Source: Massalongia carnosa (Eukaryota). From it: a DNA stretch of 64,000 bases. Location: NCBI GenBank assembly GCA_965645245.1, contig OZ287075.1, positions 1,736,001 through 1,800,000 of the forward strand. The letters run 5' to 3'. Both the position numbers and the translations under genes were made by a program. The notes below the pieces were generated by a model. It made no database searches, was not told the origin of the DNA, and saw only the letters and a program-made list of their open reading frames with translations. Position 1 is the first letter of the stretch; each line of letters opens with the position of its first letter. Of the stretch, positions 47,073-59,133 are shown piece after piece.

Positions 47073-47941
47073 AGAAATTTTTGTGAAGGGCAAGACTATA
47101 TTTCCTGCATCAGGAATTACTGGCATCTATAGCTTTTATCGGAAACGCAACCAAAGGCGTCCAATATCAAGGTCTTCCACGCTCTCAATGATGACCTTAA
47201 GAGTTTCTGAAGGAATCTTGATATACAGTCTTACTCCTTATGGAAGTTTGTCATTTCTGACACAAAGGCAAATAAATATGTCATCCCAACCCTACGGATC
47301 TTACGGACGCCCTCAAAGGAAAGCAGCAAGAAGAAGACACCAAAGACATGCTGGTGCGTGGTTAGAGCTAGACTGATAACATTTCTTTAAATATGCAATC
47401 TTTTTGATTTTCCATCACTATTCAAGTGCTAATCACTGTCCTAGAGAATGAATCTCATTTTCCTATTTTCTATATCAACTGTTTTCATTTCATTCCAGGT
47501 GTACAACTACAAACTAAGATACGTAAGCTCAGGTATTTTGCACAATAGTTTCAAGCCAAATCGTCTCTTAAGGAAACTAATATATCGCACACCTCGGGTT
47601 TTTCTATTTTATTTTTCTTTACGTGACAATCCTTTACGGCCGAAAAGAATGGATTTCTTCTTTCTTTTCTTTCCTCTCTTTATAAGCTCCTTCAGATCCT
47701 TAACATCACGGTCATACATACCATTTTTATCATAGCCATATAGCCATAGTCATGAGCAACTCTTTATCTTATACATCAGGGTCATACACATTGTCATTTA
47801 TTACATAGTCATATAGTCATAGTCGAACATCACGGTTATACATACACTTATTATTACATAGTCATATAGCCATAGTCGGCCTTTTGAATGATTTTCTGTT
47901 TTTTATCATTAGATTTCATATAGTTAGGGGAAACTTCGAAA

Positions 47942-49530
47942 ATGATCAACACACTCGCACAAGACCGCGAGAAACGCAAGAAGGAGCAGGAGGAGAAGAT
48001 AAAGCTCTTGGGAGCAAAGATAGATGAGTACTTAAAGCCCGGTAACAGCGTAGGAGACCCGGTGGCGCAAACTCTGTTGAAGGAGGTTAAAGCCACGTTG
48101 CAAGCCCAGCTTCACATTAATTCGGAAAACGAAGACACCGTCACGGTAGCAGAGTCCCTACGGGACATAAGAAACGCACTTAATCGCATGGAAGGCACCA
48201 AAAAGAATAACGAGCCCCCCACAGGCTACGCCGCCGCGGCCACCCCGCTGGCGCCCCAGAACCAGGCCGGGCAAAGCCCGACGTACAATCTTAAGCACCC
48301 CAAACCCCAAAAAACCAAAGAGCCATCCCCCAGCGAGGCCAAAAGGGCCCGGGAGATCACACTACGAGTCACGAACGAGGCCGATCGAGAAAGAGTGAGA
48401 CAGATGCCCACTCAGGAGTTGGTGGAATCGCTGCAGAAAAACGTCGAAGGGATAGTGGGAATATCGCGACTTACAAGCGGAGACATACGAATGCACGCAG
48501 AATCAGCAGAGGTCAAGAAGACCTTACATGAAAACACTGAATGGATCACCGCGATTGCGGCGTCTGCTACAGTCCAACGCCGCACCTATGCAGTACGAGC
48601 TAGCGGAGTAAAGATGGCACATATCGATGCCACCAATCAGAATCAAACCATACAATACCTGCAGGCAGCTAACGCACAATTACACTCAGGCCTAAAAATC
48701 ACGAGAATCGCCTGGTCGTTCAGGGCCATCAAAGAAAAGAAGACATACTCGTCGCTGCATGTAGAAGTAGAGACTCCCGCTATGGCGAACCGCCTCATCA
48801 CCGAGGGCTTCCTCGTCGATCATGAGATTAAGAATTGCGAAAAATTCGTAAAAAGTTGCAAGCTAACGCAGTGCTTCAACTGCTATAAATATGGACACAT
48901 AGGAAAACGCTGCCGCAACCCAACGGCGTGCGGGCTCTGCGCCGGCGGGCACTCGACCAACGAATGCAACCCAGAAACAATAGGTAAACACAAAAGGTGC
49001 GCATGCTGCGAGGAGAGAGGCCACGTAGCGTGGGCCCCAACATGCAAACTCAGATTACTAGAGATAGAGAAGGCGAGGAAAAGCTCACCCCAGCTCTTCG
49101 TCACGGGCGACCCGATCGTAGCACGGTCATTCATCTTCTCGTCTCAAACCTCAACGGACAAGGAATGCAGCGCAACACCAGGGGAGGCAACGGAGAGACC
49201 CGTCAACGGTGCCTGGAAGGTCGTCACAAGCAAGAAAAGAAAAACCGCCCCAGCGGGTTCCCAAGAAGTCTCCTCGGCAGGTCCCAGCCGCGTAGCGGGC
49301 ATGTCATGGAAGGACACGGAGATCATGAAACCCATGAACATGCAAAGAGCGATGGCAAAGCCCACTCTTGGCAGACCACCAAACGCACCAACCGCAGCAA
49401 CACCCGCCCCGTCCCGCACGGATCCTGCCCCCCCCCGCCGACCCTTGAAACATCTCCCTCCCCCGCCGACCCAGAATCGGACCACCTTACCGCCCCGGCA
49501 ACGGACGTAATGGAAGAAGGAGATTTATGA
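47942..49530 (+). CDS. LINE A ORF1 (gag-like, three CCHC knuckles)
   Basis: CFNCYKYGHIGKRC, CGLCAGGHSTNEC and CACCEERGH..C. Open to 49510; a slip in a C-run probably hides the true stop at 49530. Confidence 0.88.
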
Positions 49531-52500
49531 AGGACACAAACTCCATTAACATACTACAGTACAACGTCAGAAATGATCGAGTAAGCACTATGATTCCACT
49601 TTTGGCAGATTTAAACACGCAAGACTACGATGTTATAGCAATACAGGAACCGTGGCGGAGCACGCACGCTCCCACAACGCTCAGCTCACATCAAAGCGGA
49701 TTTCACCTTCTGTATCGTCCCGGTGGTGACACACGCGTATGTTTTTACGTTAACGAGAAAATAGTCCCGGAAAGCTGGGAAGTAGAATTCCCTACCGCAG
49801 ATCTATGCACGTTGAAATTGAACGTGTATACCAATGGGGTTACGAAAGTGCTGCACATTCATAACGTGTACAACCCGTCCCCGTCCTCTTATTCATCCAC
49901 AGACAGCCCGTCCACACTCCCCGTCGTACGCCAGCAACTTGCCGCAGACGCACAGCACGTTCTTCTCGGCGACTTCAATCTTCACCACCCCTTTTGGAAT
50001 GGAATCACAAGGCCAACACAACACGCAGCCGCGCGCCGTGTGGCACACGCCCAAGGAAATCAAGAAAAACAAGGCCACGATGTCCAAACTCAGTGTCATG
50101 CAGAACAAATGCCTACGCACTGTGGCAGGAGCGTTTAAAGCAACACCCGTCGAGGTTCTCGAAGCGGAAACTTTCATCGCCCCTATGGAGCTACACTTGG
50201 ATCATCTGCAGATGAAAGCAAGATACCGCCTACGGGCCTCAGGGCAAGCGAAACTGATCACCACTGCCTGCAGCACAATAGCGAACAAGCTACGAGGCAA
50301 GGCAGGACGCAAAAGAATACAACGCCCCACCCTAGGAGATTTAAAACACGAATGGGCCAGCAAGATGCTAAACAACGAAGCCCCAGCCGCAATACCGCCG
50401 CCGCCCCGACCCTGGTCAGGACCCGACCCTGTCCGTCTCGAGAAATACATCACGGCACGCCGAATTATCGGAAAGCACGCAAAGACCATTACAGTACGAA
50501 TCAAGGAGCGTTGGGAGACCAGGTGGAAGGCGTATCAGGACCGCGTTCCCTACCCAACAGAGGCACAGCTCGGACCACTCAACAGAACTAGATTGAAGAT
50601 TCATGACAACTTGATGAAGGCGGAAAGCGCGCTAACCACGCAAATCCGCACTGAGAAAATAGGTTTGGCAAACTTCCTGTTCAATCGTCGGGTTCCGGGA
50701 GCTATGACTCCAGCTTGCTCGTGTGGCTGGCAGAAACAGACTGCCAAACACATCATATTACACTGCAGACTAATCGAAGGCAGATATGAGCTGCTCAGAC
50801 AATTGGGCACCCACGACTACCGGACGATTACGCGTTCGTCGAAAATGCTGAAAAAGCTAACTGCATGGATAATAAAAGCAAACTTGTTAACACAGTTCTC
50901 ACTAGCATCGCAAATGTTATACGAGATATAACTTCTCATTTTCGTCAAGGATTCTAAAGAAAAACGATCACAGAGAGCAGCCTGTTGCCAGCGAGGCTCC
51001 GGAGGTAGTGCGTAGTCTACGGGGTTTTTATTCCCAAGAAGGGTTTTCCTTGTATGATAAACATAGACAGCCCGCATGGGCCGGCCTTCGGCCGGTGTCA
51101 TATCGGAATAAGAATAAATCAATCAATCAACACGCAGCCGCAGATCAGTTATTGAATATAGTAGAAGAATTTGACCTCTCACTGACGCTGCCCAAAGGAA
51201 CCGTCACGTGGGAGGCCCGGAACTCCTTTAGCACTATAGATCTAGTATTCATGTCGGAATTCTGGCGGAAAGACTGGAACACTGCATGTCAAGACCGGAA
51301 ATGAATCAATCCTCTGATCACATTCCGATATCCACTCGCATTCTTCTCGGGAGTGAACAGCTAACGAATGTAAAGCGCAGAGCATGGAAGCTGCTGAACA
51401 TGGAGAAATTGAGGGAGGCTGAAAGCAACGCCCCGCCCGTAACCCACCCCCGCTCAATCGCAGAAATAGACCAGTACGCTCAGACAATTCAAGAATTCCT
51501 GCAGAAAATCATAACCGCCTCCGTCCCCTGGGCCAGACCCAGCGAATATGCGAAACCCTTTTGGAACGAAGAATGCAACCGCGTCACCCGCGAGACTCGC
51601 AAATTGCGCCGCTTCTGGTCGTCATCGCGCCACTTAGACGACTGGAAGGCATATATGAAGTCCAACGACAAGAAGCAAAAGATAATCCAAAAAGCAAAAA
51701 CGCTCTCATTTCGCAAAGAGATAAGCAAAGCCACCGAGTCGCCGTTGGGCATATGGAAGCTAGCAAGATGGGCAAAAGACAAGAGTCAGAAGCCCCGCGA
51801 GATACCGAAAATGCCGCCATTGAGGCACGAAGGGCAAACAGCGGAGACGTTCGAAGAAAAAGCGGAAATGCTGCAAGCCAAATTCTTTCCCCCCCCCCCC
51901 GCCGGCCGACTTGAGCGACATACCTGGGTCGTTCTACCCCGCCGCCGCGGATTGCCCCATGACAATCACAAATGACGAAGTGATCGCAAACATACAACGT
52001 CTTAAGTCCGACAAGGCTCCGGGCCCTGACGGGATCACCAACAGAATTCTCAAAGCATGCTTCACAAAGCTAGCAGAGCTGCTAACCCCTTTATTTCAGG
52101 CTTGCGTCACGCATGCGTATCATCCCCGCGAGTTCAAAAGAGCAAACACGATCGCGCTCAGAAAACCGGGAAAGAAAGACAATACCAGTACAAAGGCATA
52201 CAGACCCATAGCTTTACTGAACACAATGGGTAAGGTATTAGAAGCAGTCATCGCAAGGAAGATCACTCATATAGCGGAACAGCACCGGCTCCTGCCAGAC
52301 ACACAAATGGGTGCTCGGCGTGGCCGATCTACCGAGTCTGCGCTCGAACTCCTCACCGAACAGGTACACACTGTATGGGGACAAGGCAACAACAAGGTGG
52401 CAACTCTCCTCAGCATGGATGTAGCAGGCGCATTCGACACAGTGTCTCATCGCAGGCTGATACACAATCTGCGAAAAAGGAAAATCCCAAAATGGATCAC

Positions 52501-53994
52501 AGACTGGACGGCAAGCTTTCTGAAGGAAAGAAGAACCACGCTAACGATAAACCGGCGAGTAACCGAGGAGTTCGCGGTGCGCACGGGCATTCCTCAAGGC
52601 TCACCCATTTCCCCTATTCTCTACCTGTTCTACAATGTGGACCTTTTAGAGATATGCGAGAGACCCGGCACAAACACGAGCGCGCTAGGATTTGTAGACG
52701 ACGTAAATGTGTTGGCATACGGCAAAAGCACGGAAGAAAACTGCAGAACCCTCGAAAGAATTCACAGAAAATGCGAACTATGGGCGGCACGCCACGAGTC
52801 CGTATTTGCACCGGATAAGTATGAGCTCATTCATTTGTCCAGAAATCCAAAGAAATTCGACATGTCGGCTACTATTCAAATAGAAAACAACCTAATAGAA
52901 CCGAAAATGGACATACAAGTTCTGAGCCTCCAAATCGACACCAAATTGAAATGGGGAGCCCACATACGGAAAACACAGGAAAAGATGACGTCGCAGTCGC
53001 TGGCGCTCACAAAAATATCGACATCTACCTGGGAGCTTCTTTCGCGAAGGCCCGGCAGGTTTACACCGCCGTCGTTCGCCCGGCAATGACTTATGGAAGC
53101 ACCGTGTGGCACACACCCAGGGAAATCAAGAAAAACAAGGCCACGACGTCCAAACTCAGCGTCATGCAGAACAAATGCTTACGCACCGTGACAGGGGCGT
53201 TCAAGGCAACACCCGTCGAAGTTCTCGAAGCGGAAACGTTCATCGCCCCCATGGAGTTGCATCTGGACAATCTACAGACAAAATCAAGGTATCGTCTACG
53301 GGCCGCAGGGCAGGCGAAACTGATTTCCAAAGCCTGCAACACAATAGCGAACAAGCTACGGGGTAAGGCAGGACGCAAAAGAACGCAACACCTCACCCCA
53401 GGAGAGTTGAAATACGAATGGGCCAGCAAAATGTTGAATAACGAGGCACCAGTCACAATGCCCCCATCGCCCCCGCCCTGGTCCACACCCGGCCCGGCGC
53501 ACCTCGAAAAATGCACCACGACACGCCATACCATAGAGAAACACACAAAGGCCACCACAGAACGCATCAAAGAACGCTGGGACTCCAAATGGAAGACGTA
53601 CCAGAACTGCATTCCCCGCCCGACAGAGGCACAGTTGGGATCTCTCAGTAGGACGAGACTGAAGATTCACAACAACCTGATGAAAGCGGAAAGCGCGCTA
53701 ACCACGCAAATCCGCACCGAAAAAATAGGCTTGGCAAACTTCCTGTTCAATCGTCGGGTACCGGGCGTTATGAACCCGGCCTGCTCGTGCGGATGGCAGA
53801 AGCAGACAGCCAAACACATTATTCTACATTGCAGGCTAATCGACGGCAGATACGAAGTGCTAAAACAAATAGGCACCAACGACTATCGAACGATCATGAG
53901 CTCGTCGAAAATGTTGAAAAAACTAACCACATGGATAATAAAAGCAAATTTGCTGACCCAATTTTCACTAGCATCGCAACTGTTATACGAGTGA
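49527..53994 (+). pseudogene. LINE A ORF2 (AP endonuclease, RT, C-terminal Cys/His motif), interrupted by LINE B and frameshifts
   Basis: LQYNV, IQEPW, GDFNLHH, TIDL, SDH; KAPGPDG, YRPIALL, GIPQGSP, FVDD; CSCG..TAKHIILHC. Confidence 0.93.
50033..51127 (+). mobile_element. 5'-truncated LINE ('B') inserted in the endonuclease domain of LINE A
   Basis: 14-bp TSD CAACACGCAGCCGC (50019-50032 and 51128-51141); removing it restores QHAAADQLL. The ORF2 C-terminus is closely similar to 53103-53994; (AATC)n tail. Confidence 0.95.
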
Positions 53995-54298
53995 TAACTC
54001 TCATTTTGTCAAGGATTTCACAGAACATCGAGCGAAGAATGCAGTCCAGAAACGGAACACGTTTGGGATAATGGCGCAGTCTGCATGGTTTTTATTCCTT
54101 TAAAAGGTTTTCCCTGTAAGAATAAGTAGATAGCCCGCATGGGCCGGCCTTCGGCCGGTGTCAGATCGGTACAAGAATCAATCATCATCATCATAGCCAT
54201 AGTCATGGTAAACCTCTGAATAGAGTATACTATATATTAGTCTCTCATTTGATTAAGCTGCAATAAAGACTATCATAAATCATAAGATCACAAGGGCG

Positions 54299-55781
54299 AT
54301 GATGAATTCATTCAAGCAGCAAAACGCGTTCTTGAATGAACATAGCGAAAAGAAGGAAAGCTTGCGTGAGAAAATCAAGGAGTATCTTGATCGTGTGGGC
54401 ACTGTGGGTGACCCGGTGGCGTTACAGTTGCTGAAAAATTCGGCGGAGCTTTTGCAAGCGCAAAAGCAGATCGACGACGAAGTCGCAAAGGCGCCCAATA
54501 TTCTCAATGACACTCTACAATCTATTCAACAAACACTGAAACGCATAGAACGGAAGGATACAACTCCCCAAAGCTACGCCGCTGCCGCCACGGGGCGAGG
54601 TCGTGATGGACCAGCACCCCCAGCGAACAAAAATGTCAAGTCCCAACCGACTTCAAAGGACAAAACACCTACACCGAAGGAAGCGCGACGCGCTCGAGAA
54701 ATCACTGTTCACATAACGGAGAATGCAGATAAGGAAAAAATAAAGCTGATGCCAACCAAGGAGCTGGTAGAAACATTGCAAAATGGAGCGGAAGGAATAC
54801 GACGAGTGTCGCGTTTGTTAAATGGCGACATAAGGATTCACACGGAGTCATTGGAGGCAAAGAAAATCCTGCAGGAAAAGACTGACTGGACCCGCATGAT
54901 GGCCGCCTCCGCAGCGGTGAATACTCGTACCTTCACGGTAAGGGCAAATGGAATCAGGGTGGAAAACATCAAAGTGGCCAATCAATCAACTGCTATCGCG
55001 TACCTGCAGGCCGCCAACGCACGCCTGCATCCTGACCTCAAGATCATCAAAGTAGCTTGGTCAGTCAAGGTCATCAGGGAGAAGAAAGCATACTCCACGC
55101 TACACATGGAGGTCGCTACCGCCGAGATGGCCAACCGGCTCATCACCGAGGGCCTGATGGAGGACTACGAAATAAAAGACTGTGAGCGTTTTACACGCGG
55201 TTGCACCATGACCCAATGCTTCAATTGTCAGAAAATATGGCCACATAGGTAGATCATGTCGCAATCCCGCCGCTTGTGGTCACTGTGCCGGTGGCCATCA
55301 AAGTAAAGAATGCAACTTGGAGACAACGGGGCAATACCGTCGATGTGCCGTATGCGGAGAGAAGGGACACGAGGCGTGGTCTACAGCATGCAAAATCAGA
55401 AAGGCTGAAAAGCGAAAAACTGAAATTGCTATGCAAAATCGCGCTCCACTATACACAATCGAGTCACAGTCGCCCTCATTCCAGTTTCAAGGAGCGCCGA
55501 CACTCGCAGCTACACAAACGAACGAAATTTCGTCAACGTGGAAGATTGTGAACGGCAAGAAAAGAAAAATGCACAACGCGGGGCTCTCAGCCGATTTATC
55601 ACCGGGCTTCCCCCGAGGAGAGCAAGTATCAACCTGGGCTAATATAGGCATTATGAATCCTGAAAACATGATCAAAGCCTTAGCAAAACCAGCGCTAGGT
55701 AGACCCCGCGCAGAATCCGTAGTAACGACAGGTACCCAGGCCACCCCAGTCACAGTGGTCGAAACCATGGAAATCCTATGA
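54299..55781 (+). pseudogene. LINE C ORF1 (frameshifted in the zinc-knuckle region)
   Basis: Homologous to LINE A ORF1 (GDPVA..LL, YAAAAT, REIT, MANRLITEG, QCFNC). Confidence 0.9.
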
Positions 55782-58700
55782 GGGACACAAAATCCCTCTC
55801 GATATTGCAGTATAATGTCAGAAATGACAGAGTGAGTACTATGATACCCCTCTTAGCAGACACAAACACCCAGGACTATGATATCATTGCAATACAGGAG
55901 CCGTGGCGCAACCCATCCGCCCCCATATCGCTCAGTTCACATCAAAGTGGCTTTCACCTTCTATACCGCCCAGGAGGCGACACCAGAGTGTGCTTCTACA
56001 TCAACGATTCAATAGACACTGACACTGGGAAGTAGAATTTCCCTCGGCCGACATGTGCACGCTAAAAATAGAAACATGCACCGAAGGCGTAGCGGAGGTG
56101 ATCCATATACACAACGTATACAATCCCTCCCCTACCTCCTATTCGTCCACTGACAGCCCCTCCACTCTATCGACCGCTCGGAGCATGCTAACCCAAGGCG
56201 TGCATCATATCCTGCTTGGTGATTTCAATCTGCATCATCCATTTTGGAACGGTCCTTCAAGACCCACACAACATGCTGCAGCTGATCAATTGTTAGATAT
56301 CATCGATGAATTCAATCTCTCGCTAACATTGCCGAAAGGCACCGTAACATGGGAAGCAAGAAACACGTTTAGCACGATCGATCTAGTTTTCATGTCAGAA
56401 TATCTAGTTGAAAGACTTGAACACTGCATGACCAGACCAGAATTAAATCAATCAGCCGATCACGTACCGATATCAACCGCATCCTACTCGCTAGTGAGTC
56501 GCAACCAAAAAGTAAACGCAGGGCATGGAAACTTCTGAATTTGGAAAAATTAAGGGAAGCCGAGCGCCACGCACCTCCACCGACGTCTCCCTGCACACCT
56601 GCCGAGATCGATACGTACACAGAATCGATTCAAAAATTCCTACAAAATGTCATCAATGCAGCCGTTCCATGGGCGAAACCTAGCGAATATGCTAAGCCTT
56701 TCTGGACAGAAGAATGCAATACTGCCACCAAAGCCACACGAAAATTACGCCGCATATGGTCTGACACACGAGATCCAGCGGACTGGTCCAACTACATGAA
56801 ATCTAATGACAAGAAACAGAAAATTATCCAAAAAGCAAAGAGGACAAATTTTCGTCAAGAGATCAGTAAGGCTACCGAAACACCTCAGGGCCTGTGGCGG
56901 CTAGCGAAATGGGCCAAAGACAAAAGTCACTCAGCTAGAGGAGTACCCAAAATGCCGACTTTAAAGTTCAATGATCAAATAGCAGACACGTTTGATGAGA
57001 AAGCCGAAATGCTGAAAAGCATTTTCTTTCCCGCACCACCACCGGCCGACTTAAGCGATATAGAAGGATCCTTCTATCCAGCATCGCCGCACTGTCCAAT
57101 GATCATCACCAGGTCAGAAGTGTCGAAGGCCCTGCATCGGCTCAAGCCCGATAAAGCACCGGGTCCTGACGGCATATCTAATAGAGTACTCAAGGCATGC
57201 GCGGAAAAACTTGTTGCACTATTAACACCTCTGTTTCAAGCGTGCGTTACACTTTCGTACCATCCCCGAGCCTTCAAAATGGCAAACACAATAGCATTAA
57301 GAAAAATAGACAAAGGGAATTACACCACTCCAAAGGCTTACCGACCAATTGCATTACTCAACACGCTCAGCAAAGTAATGGAATCTATCATAGGATCAAA
57401 AATAACCTATTTAGCGGAAACACATCGGCTCCTACCCGACACACAGATGGGAGCGAGAAAGGGCAGATCTACAGAATCAGCTCTGGAGTTGTTAACCGAA
57501 CAGGTTCACACGATTTGGGGACAAGGAAAAGATAAAGTAGCCACACTTTTAAGCATGGACGTCGCCGGCGCGTTTGATACAGTTTCACATCAAAGACTAA
57601 CCCACAATCTACGTAAAAGAAAAATCCCGAAATGGATTACTGATTGGTTAAACAGCTTTTTAAATGATCGTAGCACAACTCTAGCTATAAATCGAAAAGC
57701 GACCGGACGATTCGCGGTGAGAACTGGCATACCACAGGGCTCCCCTCTCTCATCCATCCTTTATCTATTCTATAATGCAGACCTATTGGAAATATGTGAG
57801 CGACCAGGCACAAACACAAGTGCCATAGGATTTGTAGACGATGCCAACATTTTGGCATACGGAAAAAGCACCGAAGAGAATTGCAAGACTCTGGAGTCAA
57901 TACACAGACAATGCGAAAAGTGGGCTTCCCGACACGGATCTCTATTCGCTCCGACGAAGTACGAACTCATTCACTTGTCTAGAAATCCCAAAAGATTCAA
58001 TATGGCTGCATCTATCAACATTGCAAGCACCGAATTGAACCAAAAACGGATATTAGAGTCTTAGGCTTGCAAATTGACACCAAATTGAAATGGGGACCGC
58101 ACGTTCGCAAAACGCAAAAGAAAATGGTTAAACAATCCATGGCATTGACAAAAATCTCCACATCGACTTGGGGTGCCACCTTCACCAAAGCAAGGCAAGT
58201 TTACAGCGCCGTAGTGCGTCCGGTCGTGACATACGGGTCAACCGTATGGCGCATGCCCAAAGAAGTCAAAAAGTCAAAAACGTCAACGAGCAAGCTCTCC
58301 GTTATGCAAAACAACTGCCTTCGCACCATAGCCGGTGCCTTTAAAGCCACTCCCATTCCAGTTCTTGAAGCAGAGACATACATAGCACCCATAGATGTAC
58401 ACCTCGACACGCTACAGGCGCAGGCCAGACATCGACTCCGAGCCGGAGGTCAATCGAAGGTCATTTCTTCCGCATGCAGCAAAATATTTAACAAACTTCA
58501 AGGCAAGGCAGGTCGCAAACGCCTTCAAAAACCCACTCCGGGAGAGCTGAAGCACACCTGGGCCAAAAACCTACTGATCGACGCAAAATCGTTCAACCAC
58601 CCAAAGCACACCCACCATGGTCCGACCCCTCCCCAGCGCATCTCCGCGAAGTCTCCGTAGCAGCGTTGGCTCGTCAAAAACAAATGCAGACAATTAAAGC

Positions 58701-59133
58701 ACGACAGCTGAAAGTCTGGAACGACTCGTGGAGCGCATATCAAAATCGCGTCACCGAACCCTCCATAGCGCAATCAGTCCCACTGAGCAAAAAACGACTG
58801 AAAATATACACGCTGCCTAAAAAGGCAGAAAGCGCCCTGACAACACAGATCCGCACCGGTAAGATCGGTCTAGCTGACTTCCTCTACCAGCGACGGGTCC
58901 CCGCCGTCACCTCACCGGCCTGCCCATGTGGCTGGCACAGACAAACTCCAGAACACGTAATTATATTCTGTAGACTTATTGACAATAGAAAACAGATGTT
59001 TTGCGCCGCTGGCACGAACAACTATCAACAGCTGACAGAAACATCAAAAACTCTAAAGATATTAACTACTTGGCTAATGAAAACAGGTCTACTGACCCAA
59101 TTCTCACTGGCATCTACACTATTGTACAATTAA
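55778..59133 (+). pseudogene. LINE C ORF2 (APE-RT), several frameshifts
   Basis: Same motifs as LINE A ORF2, spread over ORFs starting at 55778, 56053, 56541, 58067 and 58666. Confidence 0.93.

Larger units (their letters stand above)
47755..54192 (+). mobile_element. Tad1-like LINE ('A') inserted in the 5' UTR of LINE C
   Basis: 15-bp TSD ATAGCCATAGTCATG (47740-47754 and 54193-54207); ORF1, ORF2, tail and (CAT)n. Confidence 0.92.

Noticed and set aside
47278..47390. Short ORF after the Est1-like gene; another frame reads KKKTPKTCWCVV, like an a-pheromone end
   Set aside because: That frame has no ATG and CVV is followed by R rather than X-stop. At least two mutations would be required.
49834..50931. 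365-aa ORF as an independent gene
   Set aside because: Junction product of the LINE A endonuclease region (off-frame) and the LINE B ORF2 C-terminus.
51824..51834. GGCACGAAGGG matching the reverse complement of the piggyBac left end
   Set aside because: It lies within LINE ORF2 codons (RHEG), with no ATAT/TTAA flank; coincidental.
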